From Candidatus Micrarchaeia archaeon (lineage in GTDB: Archaea; Micrarchaeota; Micrarchaeia; Anstonellales; Bilamarchaeaceae), in the NCBI GenBank assembly GCA_050303335.1, contig JBNLBN010000004.1:1-51534 (forward strand): a DNA stretch of 51,534 nucleotides, given 5' to 3'. The number at the start of each line of letters is the position of its first letter. Positions within the stretch are counted from its first letter, which is position 1. The notes beneath the pieces were generated by a model. That model ran no database searches and was not told the origin of the DNA. It saw only the letters and a list, made by a program, of their open reading frames with translations. The position numbers and the translations under genes were made by a program. Below are positions 47,020 to 51,534 of the stretch, in pieces.

Positions 47020-48374
47020 TGTACAAAGGAGAAGATATAGTTATCGCAACACTCAAGAAAGGCGAGATGCCGATCAGCATCATCGCCCAGGAGTCCAAAT
47101 TGAACGAGGATTCCGTAAGAAGGATCATCGAATCGCTCAAAGGCGGGGGATTCGTGGAGGTCACGGTCGAGTCCGTAAGGTCCCACGCCCCGACGGAAGA
47201 ACTCGTCAGGTATGCAACAGGAAAGGAGGATTTTCCGGAATATTCGGTATTCCTCAAATCCCTAGAGAACATGGACATCTCAAGTCTCAGTCCGCTCGAG
47301 AAATCGATCGGGATCCGCTGGGCAAAACAGCACGGCTTCGTTGAAATAGAAAATGGCAGGCTCTCTGCCACAAAAACAAGAGAGGAAGTTGATGGCCATA
47401 TCAGGAAACTGAAAAAGACCTACGACCAGCTTGCTGCAAATGGCCGGTGTGATGATGAACTCAAGCCTGTCAGGGAGGAATTTATACGAAGGAAGATGGT
47501 TGAAGTAAGCATCAGGAACGTCACCAGCGCAAAGCTCACCGGAAAAAAATACGAGCCTGGAGGTTTCGACATCAACGTCCCAGGACCAGATGCTCCGATT
47601 GGAAAAAACCACCCCATCACGGTCATAACGAACAAGCTGAAGAACATCATGACAGAACTCGGCTTCGTAGAGGTCGAGGGAAAGATCGTCGAGAGCTCAT
47701 TCTGGAATTTCGATGCCCTCTTCCAGCCACAGGACCATCCGGCAAGGGAGCTTGCGGACACCTTCTACCTTGACCACAAGTCGGAACTTCCTGACAAGAA
47801 GCTGGTCGAACGGGTGAAGAAGGCCCATGAAGAGGGATGGAAATACAAATGGGATACAGAAAAGGCAACCAAGTCGGTCCTGAGGACGCATACTACCTGC
47901 CTTTCAGCAAGGAACCTTGCAGCTCTCAAGGACAAGAGCCCAAGGAAATACTTCGCCATAGGCAGGGTGTTCAGGAACGAGGCGACCGATTACAGCCACC
48001 TCGCCGAATTCCACCAGGTTGAAGGAATAATCGCATACGAGAATGCAACATTTACAGACCTGCTTGGTATACTAAAAGTCGTATATTCAAAGCTCGGATT
48101 CGAGAAAATCCGTTTCAGACCAAGCTATTTCCCGTACACAGAACCGAGCGTGGAAATCGAGGTCTTTTTCGAGGAAAAGGGCCAGTGGCTAGAACTTGGC
48201 GGAGCAGGGATCTTCAGGCCAGAGGTGTCTTTGCCTCTTTGCGGAAGATATCCTGTGCTTGCCTGGGGTCTCAGCCTCGAGCGGCCGCTGATGCTGGCAC
48301 TCGAACTCAATGACATAAGGACATTCTACAAGAATGATTCAGATTTCCTCAAGGATTCAAGGCTGGTATTATGA
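47019..48374 (+). CDS. pheS: Phenylalanine-tRNA ligase alpha subunit (archaeal type)
   Basis: FWNFDALFQPQDHPARE, LRTHTT, RVFRNE, EFHQVEG, YFPYTEPS, GAGIFRPE. Confidence 0.97.
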   Translation: MYKGEDIVIATLKKGEMPISIIAQESKLNEDSVRRIIESLKGGGFVEVTVESVRSHAPTEELVRYATGKEDFPEYSVFLKSLENMDISSLSPLEKSIGIRWAKQHGFVEIENGRLSATKTREEVDGHIRKLKKTYDQLAANGRCDDELKPVREEFIRRKMVEVSIRNVTSAKLTGKKYEPGGFDINVPGPDAPIGKNHPITVITNKLKNIMTELGFVEVEGKIVESSFWNFDALFQPQDHPARELADTFYLDHKSELPDKKLVERVKKAHEEGWKYKWDTEKATKSVLRTHTTCLSARNLAALKDKSPRKYFAIGRVFRNEATDYSHLAEFHQVEGIIAYENATFTDLLGILKVVYSKLGFEKIRFRPSYFPYTEPSVEIEVFFEEKGQWLELGGAGIFRPEVSLPLCGRYPVLAWGLSLERPLMLALELNDIRTFYKNDSDFLKDSRLVL

Positions 48375-50275
48375 ATTTGAAGAAGATTCTTGTCGGCCTT
48401 GTTGTCCTGATGTTCATCCTCTTCTTCGGACTAATAGCAGTCCTTGCAGTCTTCTTCATTTCCGATGTGGAAGTGAGCCCTGTCATCGACAAGTCACCGG
48501 CGAACTTCGATGTTCTTGAATACGGCGCAGCAGGAGATAGCAGCTATGCAATATACAATTTCAGGGGGAGCGGAAACGTCACCGCACTTACGTACGAAGA
48601 AGCTCCAAAGACCGAAGTGGTAATAATTGACGACGAGCAGGCGATTGACGCTTCAAACCTTCCAAACCTGATTGATGACCTTCGAAGCCTCGAGGAATAC
48701 GGGTACAACGTTTCGGTGAGGAACCAGACAACAATAGGAAACCAGATATATGTTGTCCCGACCGGAGCTATCCCGTCCTACGTGCTCTTCAACCTTCTTG
48801 GGAATTCCTCAAACGGCACAATAATCTATATCGGCGCAAAGGATCTTGTCATTAGCAGGGGAATAAAGCAGCAGAACTGGTACGACGCCCTTACCGAAGG
48901 CCAGAAGGAAAGGGTCGTATTCTTCAACGGGACGCTAAACGAGCTCAACCAGTCCCTGAAAAACCTTATCCTCTATCAGGAATGGGCTGTTGGCTCGAAC
49001 CTGACAAAACAGCTGTCGGGCGACGGGACCAATACGGTAATGCTTGAGACCAATGACAGCTACATCCGGCTCATATACTCGCTCGATGACATGAAGGGAT
49101 TCGCAGATTCCGAAAGGCTTGCGCGCATCGGCAGTATCCTGGCTCCGGACAAGAAGTCCGTATTTCCATGGGAGGTGTCCACATTGAGATTCGCGCTGAA
49201 CAGGACCAACGGCACCGCAACTCTCAACATCAACAAGGATGGCAAGACGATCAGCAGCGAATTCCTCAGGCGCGTAACGGACCAGAACATCTTCGTCAAG
49301 AAGCTCCAGTTCAACGATCCGGGTGAGTATGTCATACTGGTCGAAGACAATGACGAACTGATCGCGAGCGGCACCCTGCACGTAAAGGACCTTGACGTAC
49401 GCTTCGAGGAGAACTACGGCCTGACATACGTGTTTTCTGTTTCAGTTGACGGAGTACCTGTTAACAACGAGGAGGTCTACGTATCTCTTGAAGGTTCGGA
49501 ACCGAACAAGTATTTTGTCAGCAACGGCAATGTTGCCGTGAACGCTAAACTCAACAAGGGGCTGAACGTCTTTGAATTCAGGATATTCGGCTCTACGGTC
49601 CAGTACAGGTTCGAGAATACAAGGGAAGGCTTCTTCGATATATATCTCAATTACGGTCTACCTGGCTTCGCGCTCGTGGCAGTAATATATGTTGTTGCAA
49701 GGATGTCGCGCAAACCCATGTACAGGCTCAGGTTCGGTGACAGCGCAACATCCATCAGGGAAGAGATCCTGGTTCCACTGAACCGCACAGTAGACAGCTT
49801 CATGAAGATCCGGCAAGACATGAATCTTGGCAATTCCCCAATAACGCCGCTTGAATTCTCCATATCCCTAAAACGGTATCTCACTGCTGGAGCGGATGTC
49901 ACAGAAGGAAACGTGGAGGAGATTCTCAAGAAGCTCGTTTCAAAGGGCATACTCGAATCCCACCGGGACTATTATCAGCTCGTCGGTGAAGGCGATGTCA
50001 GGAAAAACGTGCTGCACCGTATTATCAGGGAAAAACTGATTGAATGCGGAACGATGTTCACATACAAGGACGATAAGTTCATAACAACCGACTATGAGAT
50101 CGGATTCTTCGGCGCGAAATTCGCAAAGAAAGGAATAGTCGTTCTCGACAACCAGTCTGAACTTACTGACATCCGGAAAGGGATGTCGAAGAAGGAGCTT
50201 TCAGAACTGAACCTGATGCAGGCGAATGACAAGATCCAGTTCGTAACGATCGACAGGCTGCAGGATGTCATATGA
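48371..50275 (+). CDS. Hypothetical membrane protein: N-terminal TM, large extracellular region, TM, cytoplasmic C-terminal domain
   Basis: Hydrophobic N-terminus, several NxS/T sequons, second TM, wHTH-like ILKKLVSKGIL. Confidence 0.8.
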   Translation: MNLKKILVGLVVLMFILFFGLIAVLAVFFISDVEVSPVIDKSPANFDVLEYGAAGDSSYAIYNFRGSGNVTALTYEEAPKTEVVIIDDEQAIDASNLPNLIDDLRSLEEYGYNVSVRNQTTIGNQIYVVPTGAIPSYVLFNLLGNSSNGTIIYIGAKDLVISRGIKQQNWYDALTEGQKERVVFFNGTLNELNQSLKNLILYQEWAVGSNLTKQLSGDGTNTVMLETNDSYIRLIYSLDDMKGFADSERLARIGSILAPDKKSVFPWEVSTLRFALNRTNGTATLNINKDGKTISSEFLRRVTDQNIFVKKLQFNDPGEYVILVEDNDELIASGTLHVKDLDVRFEENYGLTYVFSVSVDGVPVNNEEVYVSLEGSEPNKYFVSNGNVAVNAKLNKGLNVFEFRIFGSTVQYRFENTREGFFDIYLNYGLPGFALVAVIYVVARMSRKPMYRLRFGDSATSIREEILVPLNRTVDSFMKIRQDMNLGNSPITPLEFSISLKRYLTAGADVTEGNVEEILKKLVSKGILESHRDYYQLVGEGDVRKNVLHRIIREKLIECGTMFTYKDDKFITTDYEIGFFGAKFAKKGIVVLDNQSELTDIRKGMSKKELSELNLMQANDKIQFVTIDRLQDVI

Positions 50276-51498
50276 GATTCCTCTTGTTACTTATCCCGCT
50301 GGTATTTGCCCAGGCTCCAATCAACGACGTAATCAGCTACAACCTGATAGGGAATTTCAATGACGCTGCAAATTCCACATTCGCGCAGAACTCGACTCTG
50401 GAGATATTCAACCAGACAATGTTTGTTCAGTCTAATCTGTCTGTTATCGGGACTACATTGAGGATAGACAATGTCACCTATCCGTCATACAATTTATCAA
50501 TCATTTTGCATCCAAGCGTGAATTATTCGAATTTAAACCACCTACCAGTAAATACCAATATCGTCCCGTTTTTCTGCGACCGCGCCTGGTTCGATTCAGG
50601 AGCCCAATACGCCAGCTTCTGTGATTTCGACTATGATTCCTGCGCAGAGTATGTCAATGAAAACTACATTGTATATGACATGACCGCAATTTTCACATAC
50701 AAGAACCAGAGCGAGGCAGTTAATGTAACCAGGAATCTGGTTCGAGTGCCTGGTTCCATAATGAATTCGCTCCGCAATGCCTCCGGATTCGATGGCCTGA
50801 ATATCACCCTCTCAGGAAACCTCACCATTGTTTACGAGATCAACGACCGGAGCGGAACAGATTGCGGAATCAATAATCTTGTAAACTATTCAGCCAACCA
50901 CAGCTACGAGATCAACGAATCGATCACTGTAGGAGGCTTCAACAAGATCTTCTTCCTGAGATCCCCAATTCTCCGGGAGCAGTGGTTCAGGAACAATCAA
51001 TTCAACGTGGTCATCCTCTCGCAGGTTCCCCTTGAATATGCGGAGATCTACAGAAACGGGAACGTCACCAGGAATTTCACCCTGAGGAACTATTCGACTC
51101 CGCTCAACAGCTATGGCGTAATGGTTATCGAATCAGAAAAAAACGAGTCAGAATGGTCCGAGTTCTACAATGAAACGAGTCCGTTTCCACTGGAGAATTT
51201 CAACCATTCCTTTGCCTACATCTACCAGTTCAACTTCAGCTATCAAGGAATCGGGGAAAACAACCTCTCCATCCTTGTCAGGGATTCCTTTGGCGGAATC
51301 TCAAACTATACAGAGTCGATATCGTCAAAGACGCTCTCCTACAATAAGAGCTGGAATGAACTCGGAGGCCCAGCAGATGAAAATTCAAGGAACAGCGGAC
51401 AGTATGTTCCCGGAAAGCTTTCAAACGTTGAACTCGCATTCGGATTCCTTTCAGTGCTTGTGCTCCTGATTTTCGTGAACTATTGGGTAAAGAAGTAA
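50272..51498 (+). CDS. Secreted Asn-rich surface glycoprotein with C-terminal TM anchor
   Basis: Short signal peptide, very many NxS/T sequons, C-terminal TM plus KK. Confidence 0.8.
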   Translation: MRFLLLLIPLVFAQAPINDVISYNLIGNFNDAANSTFAQNSTLEIFNQTMFVQSNLSVIGTTLRIDNVTYPSYNLSIILHPSVNYSNLNHLPVNTNIVPFFCDRAWFDSGAQYASFCDFDYDSCAEYVNENYIVYDMTAIFTYKNQSEAVNVTRNLVRVPGSIMNSLRNASGFDGLNITLSGNLTIVYEINDRSGTDCGINNLVNYSANHSYEINESITVGGFNKIFFLRSPILREQWFRNNQFNVVILSQVPLEYAEIYRNGNVTRNFTLRNYSTPLNSYGVMVIESEKNESEWSEFYNETSPFPLENFNHSFAYIYQFNFSYQGIGENNLSILVRDSFGGISNYTESISSKTLSYNKSWNELGGPADENSRNSGQYVPGKLSNVELAFGFLSVLVLLIFVNYWVKK

Positions 51499-51534
51499 AA
51501 ATATTTGTTGAGATATCAAGTCATGCTGGTGGGG

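Noticed and set aside
1-51534. Numerous 60-230 aa ORFs antisense to or nested in recognised genes
   Set aside because: Shadow ORFs with no motifs, fully overlapping well-supported genes

Overview
A gene-dense archaeal chromosomal segment. Archaeal markers are aIF5B, archaeal-type Mat, PurP, archaeal TrpS/PheS/PheT, Ogg and split ADP-forming acetate-CoA ligase. The gene mix (FtsZ, non-oxidative pentose phosphate operon, many orphans) suggests a DPANN lineage such as Micrarchaeota; this placement is inference, not a database result. About 56 CDS and one tRNA-Val(GAC) are supported. Most notable observations: (1) a vapB-vapC pair separated by a three-unit, CRISPR-like palindromic repeat array with 16-17 nt unique spacers, one of which copies the vapC start region, with a catalytically degenerate PIN partner; (2) a stand-alone Cas2-like gene bounded by perfect 12-bp inverted repeats; (3) a GGDEF diguanylate cyclase in an archaeon, followed by an orphan and two pseudo-NUDIX paralogs; (4) further bacterial-style signalling proteins (pseudo-receiver, Hanks kinase with DFQ) and a 1421-aa protein with a cryptic HipA/PI3-4-kinase-like C-terminal domain. 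All product calls come from motif recognition by eye.
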